NCBI GenBank assembly: GCA_963662625.1
Contig: OY759726.1
Coordinates: 1,537,446 to 1,569,445 of the forward strand
From: Nitrosopumilus sp.
GTDB taxonomy: Archaea > Thermoproteota > Nitrososphaeria > Nitrososphaerales > Nitrosopumilaceae
Direction of reading: 5' to 3'
Length of the DNA stretch: 32,000 nt
The translations under genes and the position numbers were made by a program. Numbering within the stretch: position 1 is the first letter of the stretch; each line of letters begins with the position of its first letter. This document shows positions 21,945 to 29,427 of the stretch, one piece after another. The notes beneath the pieces are model-generated. The model did not search any database and was not told the DNA's origin. It saw only the letters and a list, made by a program, of their open reading frames with translations.

Positions 21945-23248
21945 AACTCACCATACAGCCACGATTCGCTAGCAGTAATGCCCTTGCTTTGTAATTCTTT
22001 TCTCAGTTCGCCTGGATTTTCAACCTTGCGGCATGTGCTTTCCTCCTTGTTCGTTTCCAACAGAACCAAGTCGCCAATATCGACATAATCTACGACAAGT
22101 GGCGAATGACTCGTGACTATCACGGTGGATTCTGTGTTTTTTAACAAATCCACAACGTATTCTATAATCCTCGCGTGCAGTGATGTCTCTATCTCGTCAA
22201 TCAGAATAATCCTTGGTTTCAGTTCAATGGCTGCAAGAATTGCCAGTAACTTGTAAAACCCATCGGGTATGGAGGTTGGGGCAAGTGTCATCGTGCCCAC
22301 ATTTACTTCCATTATTATGTTTCCCTCTTGAGTAATTTGGAATGATATCTGCCAGTTGGGAAACAACGCTTCAAGTGCAAGTGTGAAGATATCAGGAAGC
22401 TTACGTTTTTCGTTAAACCATTTGAACAACAAGTTTACCAAACCGTCTCCGTCCTCATCTAGCTCGTCAGAATAGTTGACGGGAGTTGATTTACGCAGGT
22501 AATCATAGTTTAATTGCCTTAGCAGGATGATGTTTCGTGGATCAACCAGATAGCTTGCAGCTAGCGCATACAGTGATCTAGCAATCCTGTTATTTTTGAT
22601 GGGGGGTGACGGAAAACTGTACACTTTCAGCTCGTCGCCATCAAACATGCCAGCTCGTAGCAGAAAAATGGCAGTTTTCCCCATGCGTTCGTGCCACTTT
22701 GTGGCGTTGAGAATAGACACGTCGCTGTCATTATGTGGCACCGTGAAGCCTTTTTCCAAATCAATCGAATCCCTCTCCAGTATTCGCCTAAGCCGTGTTT
22801 TTTCGCCAACGGAGTTGACTTCCTTGATGATGGGAGGCTTGAAGTGATAGCCGACCTTGTTAACATCAAGCGCCACGTCTAGGTAATCTTCAATCTGTAT
22901 TCTCTCTTCGAGTATCCCCAACCGGCCGTTGTTTGAGCCCGTTACCGTAAAGTCATAAATGACGTTGCGGCCGTCCACAACATAACTGATCTGCGAGTGG
23001 ATCGTCTCGGATTCGTCACCTCTCCACACTATGTTTCGGTACCCTCCCCAGTCCGCAAAAGGATATGCGGGAGTCTTTTGCGGCGACACGCATAAATTCA
23101 CAAATTTAATCAGCTCAAGCACGTTTGTCTTGCCGGACCCGTTTGGCCCAATCAGCACGTTGAATTGCTTGAGCGGGATCTCGAAATCCTTCAGGCTCTT
23201 GAACCTTTTAACCTTGATCTTGGTGAGCGTCTCCATATTGACAAGCAT
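21941..23248 (-). CDS. ABC-type (AAA_21/AAA_15-like, SMC/RecF-fold) ATPase
   Basis: 435-aa ORF. Motifs: KRFKSLKDFEIPLKQFNVLIGPNGSGKTNVLE (Walker A), signature-like SIPDGFYKLLAILAAIE, Walker B RIILIDEIETSLH, H-loop VIVTSHSP. A TATA-like element (catttatattg on the coding strand) lies about 20-25 bp upstream of the ATG. Markedly AT-rich relative to the core genes. Confidence 0.85.
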   Translation of the reverse strand: MLVNMETLTKIKVKRFKSLKDFEIPLKQFNVLIGPNGSGKTNVLELIKFVNLCVSPQKTPAYPFADWGGYRNIVWRGDESETIHSQISYVVDGRNVIYDFTVTGSNNGRLGILEERIQIEDYLDVALDVNKVGYHFKPPIIKEVNSVGEKTRLRRILERDSIDLEKGFTVPHNDSDVSILNATKWHERMGKTAIFLLRAGMFDGDELKVYSFPSPPIKNNRIARSLYALAASYLVDPRNIILLRQLNYDYLRKSTPVNYSDELDEDGDGLVNLLFKWFNEKRKLPDIFTLALEALFPNWQISFQITQEGNIIMEVNVGTMTLAPTSIPDGFYKLLAILAAIELKPRIILIDEIETSLHARIIEYVVDLLKNTESTVIVTSHSPLVVDYVDIGDLVLLETNKEESTCRKVENPGELRKELQSKGITASESWLYGEL

Positions 23249-23480
23249 CCTGATCTGTTTTCAATATAAATGGAAAACGTCGTTGCCGGCGTTGTAAAGT
23301 TTTGTTGATATAAAAAACGCCAGCGTTGCCGGACCGCGCCGTCCGGCAGGCCGGCCGTGTGCCCGGAAGCCGAGTCCGTGTGCGTGTGCAGGCTGCCGGG
23401 GCCGGACGGGGTTGGCAGCCGCGCGCGGGGCCGCCCGCAGTCATTAAATACCGGCGCGCGCCACTTAACCCATGCCAAGC

Positions 23481-23603
23481 ATGAAATGTACCGCGTGCGG
23501 GATCAGCTTCTTCTCGCCCACGGGCTCGGACAGGTGCTCGAGGTGCGTCCCGAAGGCGGAGCACGCCGGGCACGGCTCCTGCGGCTGCGGCCACGGGCAC
23601 TGA
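23481..23603 (+). CDS. Possible 40-aa zinc-ribbon micro-protein with Cys/His-rich tail
   Basis: Hand translation gives MKCTACGISFFSPTGSDRCSRCVPKAEHAGHGSCGCGHGH* (CxxC-x12-CxxC plus an H/C tail). A TATA-like attaaata (23443-23450) lies about 35 bp upstream. The ORF is below the track length cut-off and convergent with argS. Confidence 0.4.
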   Translation: MKCTACGISFFSPTGSDRCSRCVPKAEHAGHGSCGCGHGH

Positions 23604-23620
23604 GCCGGGCCGCCGCGGGG

Positions 23621-25513
23621 TCACATCCTGTCCGGGGCGGATATGCCGAGCAGGCCCAGCGCCCCCCCGAGCGTGGCCCTGAACGACCCCACCAGGAACA
23701 GCCTGGCGTCCTCCAGCTGCGCGTCGCCGGCCCCCAGGACGCGGACCCCCTCGTAGAACTCGTTGAACGAGACGGCCAGGCCGTGGCAGTACCTGGCAAT
23801 GACCTTGGGCGACAGGTTCCTCGCGGCGTCGCCCACGTGCATGCCGAACATCCCTATGCCCCTGACCAGCCCCAGCTCCGCGGGTTCGGCCAGCAGGGCA
23901 AAGTCGGCGTCCTCCGGGGGCGCGCGGCCGGCCTTTTCCATGATGCGGGCCGCCCTCGCGTTGGCGTACTGCATGTACGACGCGGTGTCCCCCTCGAGGC
24001 TCAGCGACCTGGCCAGGTCGAACGTGATCACCTTGTCGAGGTCCTGCCTCACCATCTCGTAGCGCAGGGTCCCGACGGACACCTGGTGGGCTATCTCCTC
24101 CACCTCCGCGCCGCCCATCCCCGGGTGGCGCCCCGCGGTCTCCTCGGCGGTCCTGCCCTTCAGCAGGTCGTAGACGGAGTCGGCGTTGACGTACAGGCCC
24201 TTCCTGCCGGACATCTGCGCCTGCCTCCCCCGCGTGTCCAGCCCCAGGGTCCTGGCGGTGTCGGGGCTGAGGGTGACCGACTCGTAGCCCAGGTGGACGT
24301 ACGCGCCGCCCGGCCTGAACCTGGACATCAGGTCTGCGATGATCTTCTGGAGGCGCGCCTGCCTGGAGTCTATCACGGTGATCACCCTGTCGCCAGAAAA
24401 GCGCGTCGCGCCCCCGCCGGGCCCGCCGCCCCCGCCGAGCGTGGTCTGCCACAGCGCGCGGCCCCCGGGCTGCCCGCGCTCGTACGGGGCGTACCCGAAC
24501 GGGTCGTCCAGGACGCCCATCTTCCACGCCGCGTACGGGATGTCCTTTGCGATGTACGTGGCGGTGCCGTTGCTCCGGACTATCACCTTGTCCTCCTCGC
24601 CGTCCCGGCCGCGGATCACCCAGCACCCGGCGTTCTTGCCGCCCTCCTCCAGCTCCGCCAGGCCCATCCCCTTTAGCCTCTCGAAGACGCCGCGCCACAG
24701 CCCGGAGCGGACTATCTGCGACTCGAAGTTGAGGCAGTCGTACGTCACGCCGAGGTTCCAGCACGTCTCCAGCTGGCACGCCAGGACCCTCCCCGTCACC
24801 CTGCCTGCGAACCGCGCGGTCTCGGACCCCCCGTCCTCGATCTCCTTGAGGGTGTCCTTCCTGACTGCCTCCAGGCCCGGGTCCTCCACGTACCTCGCGG
24901 ACGTCCGGACGTAGACGTCGTCGCCGCAGTAGTGGTCGAACTTCTTCCCGTCCGGGGGCTCCTCGGGGAACCCCAGGTGCCTGAAGCCGATCACGATGTC
25001 GGCCACCTGCAGCCCCGAGTCGTCGACGTAGTTCAGGACCTTCACCCTGTAGTTGGCCTTCCGCAGGATCCTGGCCACGGTGTCCCCCACCACGATGTTC
25101 CTGACGTGGCCTATGTGGAGGGCCTTGTTGGGGTTGACGCTGGTGTGCTCCACCACCACGGGTGAGCCGCCCCCCAGGTCGACGTCCCCGAACCCGTCGA
25201 GGCGAGACCCCCGCAGGATCAGCCCGCAGAGCCTGCCCCAGTCGGCCCGAAAGTTGACATAGCCCGAGTCGTGCGGCTCGGCCCCCGCCACCAGGGGGCC
25301 GGCGCGCCCGCGGTACCTGGCCGCGATCTCCCGGGCCACCTCCCCGGGGCCCTTCCCGAGGCGCTTGGCCAGCAGGAACGCCGCGTTGCAGCTCGCGTCG
25401 CCGAACCCCGGCCTCGAGGGCGACACCGAGAAGCCGGCGTCCCCGGCCCCCATGCCTGCCAGGACCTCCCTGACGCCGCCCTCGATCTCGTCGAGGAACG
25501 CCTGGAACGTCAC
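23621..25513 (-). CDS. argS: Arginyl-tRNA synthetase
   Basis: Real gene is the C-terminal 630 aa of track ORF 23621..26002. GTG start at 25513 (VTFQAFLDEIEGG..) overlaps the stop of the upstream HAD gene (GTGA). Class I HIGH motif (NPNKALHIGHVRN), MSGRKG (KMSKS-equivalent), anticodon-binding DALR-type C-terminus (..ARYCHGLAVSFNEFYE..), terminal M. Confidence 0.93.
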   Translation of the reverse strand: MTFQAFLDEIEGGVREVLAGMGAGDAGFSVSPSRPGFGDASCNAAFLLAKRLGKGPGEVAREIAARYRGRAGPLVAGAEPHDSGYVNFRADWGRLCGLILRGSRLDGFGDVDLGGGSPVVVEHTSVNPNKALHIGHVRNIVVGDTVARILRKANYRVKVLNYVDDSGLQVADIVIGFRHLGFPEEPPDGKKFDHYCGDDVYVRTSARYVEDPGLEAVRKDTLKEIEDGGSETARFAGRVTGRVLACQLETCWNLGVTYDCLNFESQIVRSGLWRGVFERLKGMGLAELEEGGKNAGCWVIRGRDGEEDKVIVRSNGTATYIAKDIPYAAWKMGVLDDPFGYAPYERGQPGGRALWQTTLGGGGGPGGGATRFSGDRVITVIDSRQARLQKIIADLMSRFRPGGAYVHLGYESVTLSPDTARTLGLDTRGRQAQMSGRKGLYVNADSVYDLLKGRTAEETAGRHPGMGGAEVEEIAHQVSVGTLRYEMVRQDLDKVITFDLARSLSLEGDTASYMQYANARAARIMEKAGRAPPEDADFALLAEPAELGLVRGIGMFGMHVGDAARNLSPKVIARYCHGLAVSFNEFYEGVRVLGAGDAQLEDARLFLVGSFRATLGGALGLLGISAPDRM

Positions 25514-26208
25514 CCCCTGCCGCCCCCGAGCGACGGCGCCAGCTCGTCGAGCGCCTCGAGCACCCCGTCCCCCGCGCCGGCGGAGACTGCCATGGTGGCC
25601 TCGGACCGCACCCCGCCTGGCGCGTTTCCCAGGGCCACGCTGGTGCCCGCCGCCCTGAACAGCGGGACGTCCGTGGCGCTGTCCCCGATGGCGATGACGT
25701 CCTCCTCCCGTATGGACATCCTCCCCATCAGCTCCCTGAGGCCCGCCCCCTTGTCTATCCCGCGCGAGTTGATGTGGTACGCGTACCGGCTGTCGGACAG
25801 CGCGACGTCCAGGCCCCTCTCCCGGGCCAGGTCCCGGGCCAGGTCCAGGTCGAACGTGCGCTGCAGCACGACCTCGGTCATCCTGGGGAACACCGGCTTC
25901 TCGACGACCCCGTCGATCCCGGCCCGGATGATCTCCAGCGCGTCCCTGCACTCCTTCATGTCGCCGAGCAGGACGTGCTCGTTGGCGCCCAGCGTGATGC
26001 ACCCGCCGTTCTCGCCCACGGCGGCCTTGGTCGTGCCCCCGAAGACGGACAGCAGGAACCCCTCGACCGACGACCGCCCCGTGACGAAGATCACGTTGTG
26101 CCCCGAGTCGGCCAGGTGGCGCAGCGCGGCCAGCGCCCCCAGGTGGATGCGCCCCCCGCCGTTCTCCGTGATCGTCCCGTCGATGTCCACCGCGAACGTC
26201 TTTGCCAT
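25510..26208 (-). CDS. HAD-IIB hydrolase (archaeal phosphoglycolate phosphatase/Cof-like)
   Basis: MAKTFAVDIDGTIT (motif I DxDGT), VIFVTGRS (motif II), K in RGIDKGAG, AIGDSATDVPLF (motif IV). ATG 26208 is preferred over 26247 because a TATA-like box (aaatattatt on the coding strand, about 26229-26240) lies between them. Confidence 0.8.
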   Translation of the reverse strand: MAKTFAVDIDGTITENGGGRIHLGALAALRHLADSGHNVIFVTGRSSVEGFLLSVFGGTTKAAVGENGGCITLGANEHVLLGDMKECRDALEIIRAGIDGVVEKPVFPRMTEVVLQRTFDLDLARDLARERGLDVALSDSRYAYHINSRGIDKGAGLRELMGRMSIREEDVIAIGDSATDVPLFRAAGTSVALGNAPGGVRSEATMAVSAGAGDGVLEALDELAPSLGGGRG

Positions 26209-26403
26209 GATCCGGTACCCAGGAGCCGAATAATATTTGCTACGCATGCCGCCGGCAGCGTGCGCCAGGCGGGCGCGGCGCCGCCCCGGCGCAAACCCAG
26301 ATCCCAGTTGGATTCATGCCTACTGGGGCAACGGCCACGCTGATTTTGTGCCTATGGCGCCATGGGATCTGAGCATGCACGTAGGGCCTACCCATTAAAT
26401 TTT

Positions 26404-27363
26404 TTAAGCGTTACTTGGTTGAGGCGGTCCGACATAATCGGCGACGAATTTTTCAACTTCTGCGAGGTGGCTTAAACAGAACACGCGGCCGTTGCCTGGG
26501 ACATCATAAAACTGCTCCTGCCTGTCAGAAGTAAAATACATTAATTTATCGTATGGGATATTTGCCGCTTGCAAATTTTTGATTTTGCGATTAATTACTT
26601 CAAGAATGTTAGAGCTGTCTCCCTGCTTGGTGACTTCTGCAAGAATTAAGCGTTTATCTGTAGTTACGGCGATCACATCAATTTCTAAACCGGGTCGAAT
26701 TTCGCCGTTTTCGTACATTTGAATTTTTTTATGAACATATATCTTTTCAATAAAATCTAATTTTGCTAACGCAAACCCAATGAACACTTCATAAATCCAA
26801 CTGCTGTCAAAAACTAATAGCCCTTCTAATATCTTGGGATAATTAACATCGATTTTATGTATAACGCCCTTGCCTCCGCACAGCTTACATTCAGAAATCA
26901 AGTCCAATTTCTGAATACGGGACACCTGGTAGCTAAACGGCAGTTGGTTATGTTCGTACCAGCAATCAAGGCACTTGGATTCGATAGATAAAGTAACATG
27001 TTTGGCTAACTTACCCAGCGCCGTCGAAATTTGTTGCTTCTGATCAGGCAATTTCAAGAATTTGTTGCTCATGGAAATGGAGTTTTGTCTTGCTTTTTTG
27101 GATAAACTCGCATATTTTTCCACATCAGCTAGGATCTGATGTTCGTAGGCATATTCACTAAATGTCTGATACGTATCGGTGTTAATGTCTTCTAATTTTT
27201 GATTATCTTTCAGAGCTTTTTGAACACTATCTGTAAAATCATCAAAAGTGGACGTTCTTGATTTTAACACGCGTGAAACTTCAGAATTTGAAGATATGGT
27301 ATCAAAAGTGGCAGAAAAGATATTTTTCCATACTTCAAAAATTTCCTTTTGGTGTATGCTCAT
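26404..27363 (-). CDS. Hypothetical protein: helical N-domain + CxxC..CxxC zinc ribbon + PD-(D/E)xK nuclease-like C-domain
   Basis: AT-rich ORF. Likely ATG at 27363 (MSIHQKEIFEVW..); the track ORF extends to 27453 into GC-rich sequence. Zn ribbon: SKCLDCWYEH-x17-SECKLCGGKG. Nuclease-like order: E in SSWIYEVFIGF, D in GLEIDVIAV, ExK in LILAEVTKQ. Confidence 0.65.
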   Translation of the reverse strand: MSIHQKEIFEVWKNIFSATFDTISSNSEVSRVLKSRTSTFDDFTDSVQKALKDNQKLEDINTDTYQTFSEYAYEHQILADVEKYASLSKKARQNSISMSNKFLKLPDQKQQISTALGKLAKHVTLSIESKCLDCWYEHNQLPFSYQVSRIQKLDLISECKLCGGKGVIHKIDVNYPKILEGLLVFDSSWIYEVFIGFALAKLDFIEKIYVHKKIQMYENGEIRPGLEIDVIAVTTDKRLILAEVTKQGDSSNILEVINRKIKNLQAANIPYDKLMYFTSDRQEQFYDVPGNGRVFCLSHLAEVEKFVADYVGPPQPSNA

Positions 27364-27455
27364 TCGTTTCTCTAGAGTGACGCTCACAAATAATTTCTCC
27401 CCTGGGAGGTCGCACTGCAGAAAAGCCTGTTGATCGCCGGATCGCCGAACCATCC

Positions 27456-28454
27456 ATGGACGAGACCGACAGGAAACTACGGGACCTGACGGAGGCCATG
27501 CGCGCAGGGAGGGACGCCAGGATCCGCAACAGGACGGTGGCAGTGCGCGGGGTGCCCGGCGGATACCCCGCGAGTGACGCCGCGTACTTTGCGGACGCGG
27601 GACAGCGCACCGTCCGCCTGCGGGCGGGACGGCCCGGCGACGGCGGCGCCGGCGGCCTCCGGGACATTCCCGGCAGGGGAAGGAACCCGCGCGTCCGGTA
27701 CGGCCCCATGGGCGGGCCTGCAGGCAGGCCCGGCCGCACGGGCATGCCCGCGCCGGGGAGGCCCCGCGACGGGACGCGCCGGAAGCCCGGGCGCGCGCAC
27801 GGCCCGCGCGGCGCGCGCGGGATCACGGGGGAACCGGGGCTCTCCCCCAAGGGGCCCACGACAGGTTACGCCGCGGCCGCAGACGACGACACGGTGCGGC
27901 GGCGGCGGGCCGACGCGGCAGGCGCGGTTGCGTGCGCAAGGAGGCGCAAGACGGCGACAGTCGCGCAGGACGGGCCCGCCTCCGCCGGGACGGGAACCGA
28001 CGGCAGGAGGCTCTGGTCCCGCGCAGGGGAGGGGGCCGCCGCCGGCAGGCCCGGCAGGAGGGACAGGGCAGCCGCGTGCGGCTCCCCCGCGGCCGACGGG
28101 ACGGGGCCGGTGCGGCCGTGCGGCAGGTCCGGCGGGGACACCTTCCTGACGTACCCCAGGGAGATCCGGCGCGAGCGGGGGCGCGCGCTGGTGATAACGG
28201 GCAACGCGGGGCAGCACAGGGCGGCGGACGTGAGGGAATACCTGCGGGACCACCGAGAGATCGGGGTGCCGTGCCTTCCCACCGCCACGCCGAAGCCCAG
28301 CGCGGTCGAGGCCGTGTGGAAGGAGGCAAAGTACGGGCTGGTCACGTCAAGGCACTACGAGACGCTGGATGGACTGAAGCGTGCGGTCTCGGAGTATTTC
28401 AGGACGTGCCCGATCAGGGTGGACATCTACAAGTTCCTATACCGTTCCATCTGA
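27456..28454 (+). pseudogene. IS630-family-like transposase remnant (N-terminal HTH and C-terminal DDE_3-like tail retained, catalytic core degenerate)
   Basis: The C-terminus ..RALVITGNAGQHRAADVREYLRDHREIGVPCLPTATPKPSAVEAVWKEAKYGLVTSRHYETLDGLKRAVSEYF matches the IS630 pattern vlDNa..H....v..fl......l.fLP.ysPeLNpiE..W...K, but with D->G in the DNA motif. The N-terminus has an HTH-like segment. The middle ~170 aa is Gly/Pro/Arg low complexity with no DDE residues recognisable. The ORF is GC-rich, unlike the AT-rich DNA on both sides. Confidence 0.6.
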
Positions 28455-28477
28455 AGGGAAATTTTCAATGATCGTCA

Positions 28478-28813
28478 CTATAGTTTCTCGTTTTGTTGTT
28501 TGTAGTCAGCTCTTTCTTCCAGGCTTTGCGCAAAATTGTAAGAAGGATCTAAACAGAAAGGATAGCTCATAACAATGCCAGAAGGCCCATAACCTGTCAA
28601 GTTAGAATCGGACTCAAGAAATAAAAATTTCAGCAATATTGGATTATCTGCTACTTCGAGAACAATTTTAGAACTAATACTTTCTAAACCTTTAAACGAT
28701 TCAAAAAGAACCTCCTTTTTTGTTTTAACCACGCGTACTCTTTCATTATTTTGTAGAGTAATGTCAACTTCGGTTAAGAGGTGTGGGATGACCTTTTCAT
28801 AAGACAATGTCAT
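28478..28813 (-). CDS. Hypothetical 111-aa protein, downstream partner of the wHTH gene
   Basis: AT-rich ORF whose ATG overlaps the stop of the upstream gene (ATGA at 28810-28813). Sequence MTLSYEKVIPHLLTEVDITLQNNERVRVVKTKKEVLFESFKGLESISSKIVLEVADNPILLKFLFLESD.. matches no recognisable family. Confidence 0.55.
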   Translation of the reverse strand: MTLSYEKVIPHLLTEVDITLQNNERVRVVKTKKEVLFESFKGLESISSKIVLEVADNPILLKFLFLESDSNLTGYGPSGIVMSYPFCLDPSYNFAQSLEERADYKQQNEKL

Positions 28814-29076
28814 CTGTGAGGATTTTTAAGAATAGATTTTCCTCGTTTTGTTAAAGTCAATTTAAAATCATCGCCCTCTTCATCACTATACACCTTGTTT
28901 GATTCAATAATTTTCAGTACCAATAACTTTCTGATCTCGGTTGAAATATTATTTACATCTCCATACCTTTCAACAAGCTTAGCGTTATTAATCAGCGTGG
29001 AATATGAAACCCCATGGTCAGAAATATACTCCATAATTTGATAAGATAGCAATGGCGGCTCGCTAATTTCACTCAT
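28810..29076 (-). CDS. Small winged-helix (MarR/PadR-like) DNA-binding protein
   Basis: 88-aa AT-rich ORF. LLSYQIMEYISDHGVSYSTLINNAKL..ISTEIRKLLVLKIIES..DDFKLTLTKRGKSIL fits a helix-turn-helix plus wing pattern. An AT-rich promoter-like tract lies upstream (29077-29110). Confidence 0.6.
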   Translation of the reverse strand: MSEISEPPLLSYQIMEYISDHGVSYSTLINNAKLVERYGDVNNISTEIRKLLVLKIIESNKVYSDEEGDDFKLTLTKRGKSILKNPHR

Positions 29077-29238
29077 GTTGAATATTCAAAAAATTACTAA
29101 TTAAATCTTCGGTAACTGTATGCTAGCCTAATAAACATTGTGTCAATTCTAGTCTTCTCTATTGTACATAAATTAGGTCGCACTAACTTGAGGAGGCTTG
29201 CAAAGGATTACTTTACACTTTACCGATCAAGAAAACCG

Positions 29239-29427
29239 ATGGTAACCAGGCTGACCGGAAGGCAGATCAGGTACGCCGTAGCCCAGAGGCAGGAGGGGAG
29301 ACCGGCTGCGGACATTGCGGCGGAGATCGGGGTGACCGTGAGGCACGCCCGGAGGCCGTACGCAGAATTCGTCATGACTGGCGCCCCCCACGCGCCGCGC
29401 AGGGCCGGGAGGAGGGCGCGCGACATG
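29239..29427 (+). pseudogene. N-terminal HTH fragment of an IS630-like transposase
   Basis: From ATG 29239: MVTRLTGRQIRYAVAQRQEGRPAADIAAEIGVTVRHARRPYAEFVMTGAPHAPRRAGRRAR. This matches the pattern l..r.r......G.s...iA...gVs...v.R....f..tG...p.r.GRp. The downstream sequence (to the stop at 29565) degenerates into Ala/Pro-rich sequence, and no DDE domain follows in any frame. Confidence 0.5.

Larger units (their letters stand above)
19560..23330. mobile_element. AT-rich accessory island in two blocks, split by a GC-rich wedge at about 21130-21480; no integrase or att site identified
   Basis: There is an abrupt compositional change at both edges relative to the flanking DRG and argS regions. Content is defence-type ATPases and a nuclease-like gene, and one gene is decayed. 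Boundaries are approximate, judged by eye. Confidence 0.5.

Noticed and set aside
23208-24779. 523-aa minus-strand ORF and 439-aa plus-strand ORF (23357..24676) overlapping argS
   Set aside because: They are out of frame with or antisense to a clear ArgRS, and their translations are Arg/Gly/Pro-rich. They are shadow ORFs.
27700-27860. Short G-X-Y-like runs (GPAGRPGRTGMP, GPRGARGITGEPGLS) inside the IS630-like ORF as a fragment of a second collagen-like gene
   Set aside because: The runs are only 4-5 triplets long and are interrupted. They have no nucleotide similarity that I can see to the 15981-17231 repeats. Such runs are expected by chance in Gly/Pro/Arg-rich translations of very GC-rich DNA.
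27477-28345. Minus-strand ORFs 27477..28253, 27823..28329 and 27866..28345, and plus-strand ORFs 27574..28149 and 27932..28471
   Set aside because: All overlap the GC-rich IS630-like remnant in other frames, with Arg/Pro/Ala/Gly low-complexity translations and no motifs.
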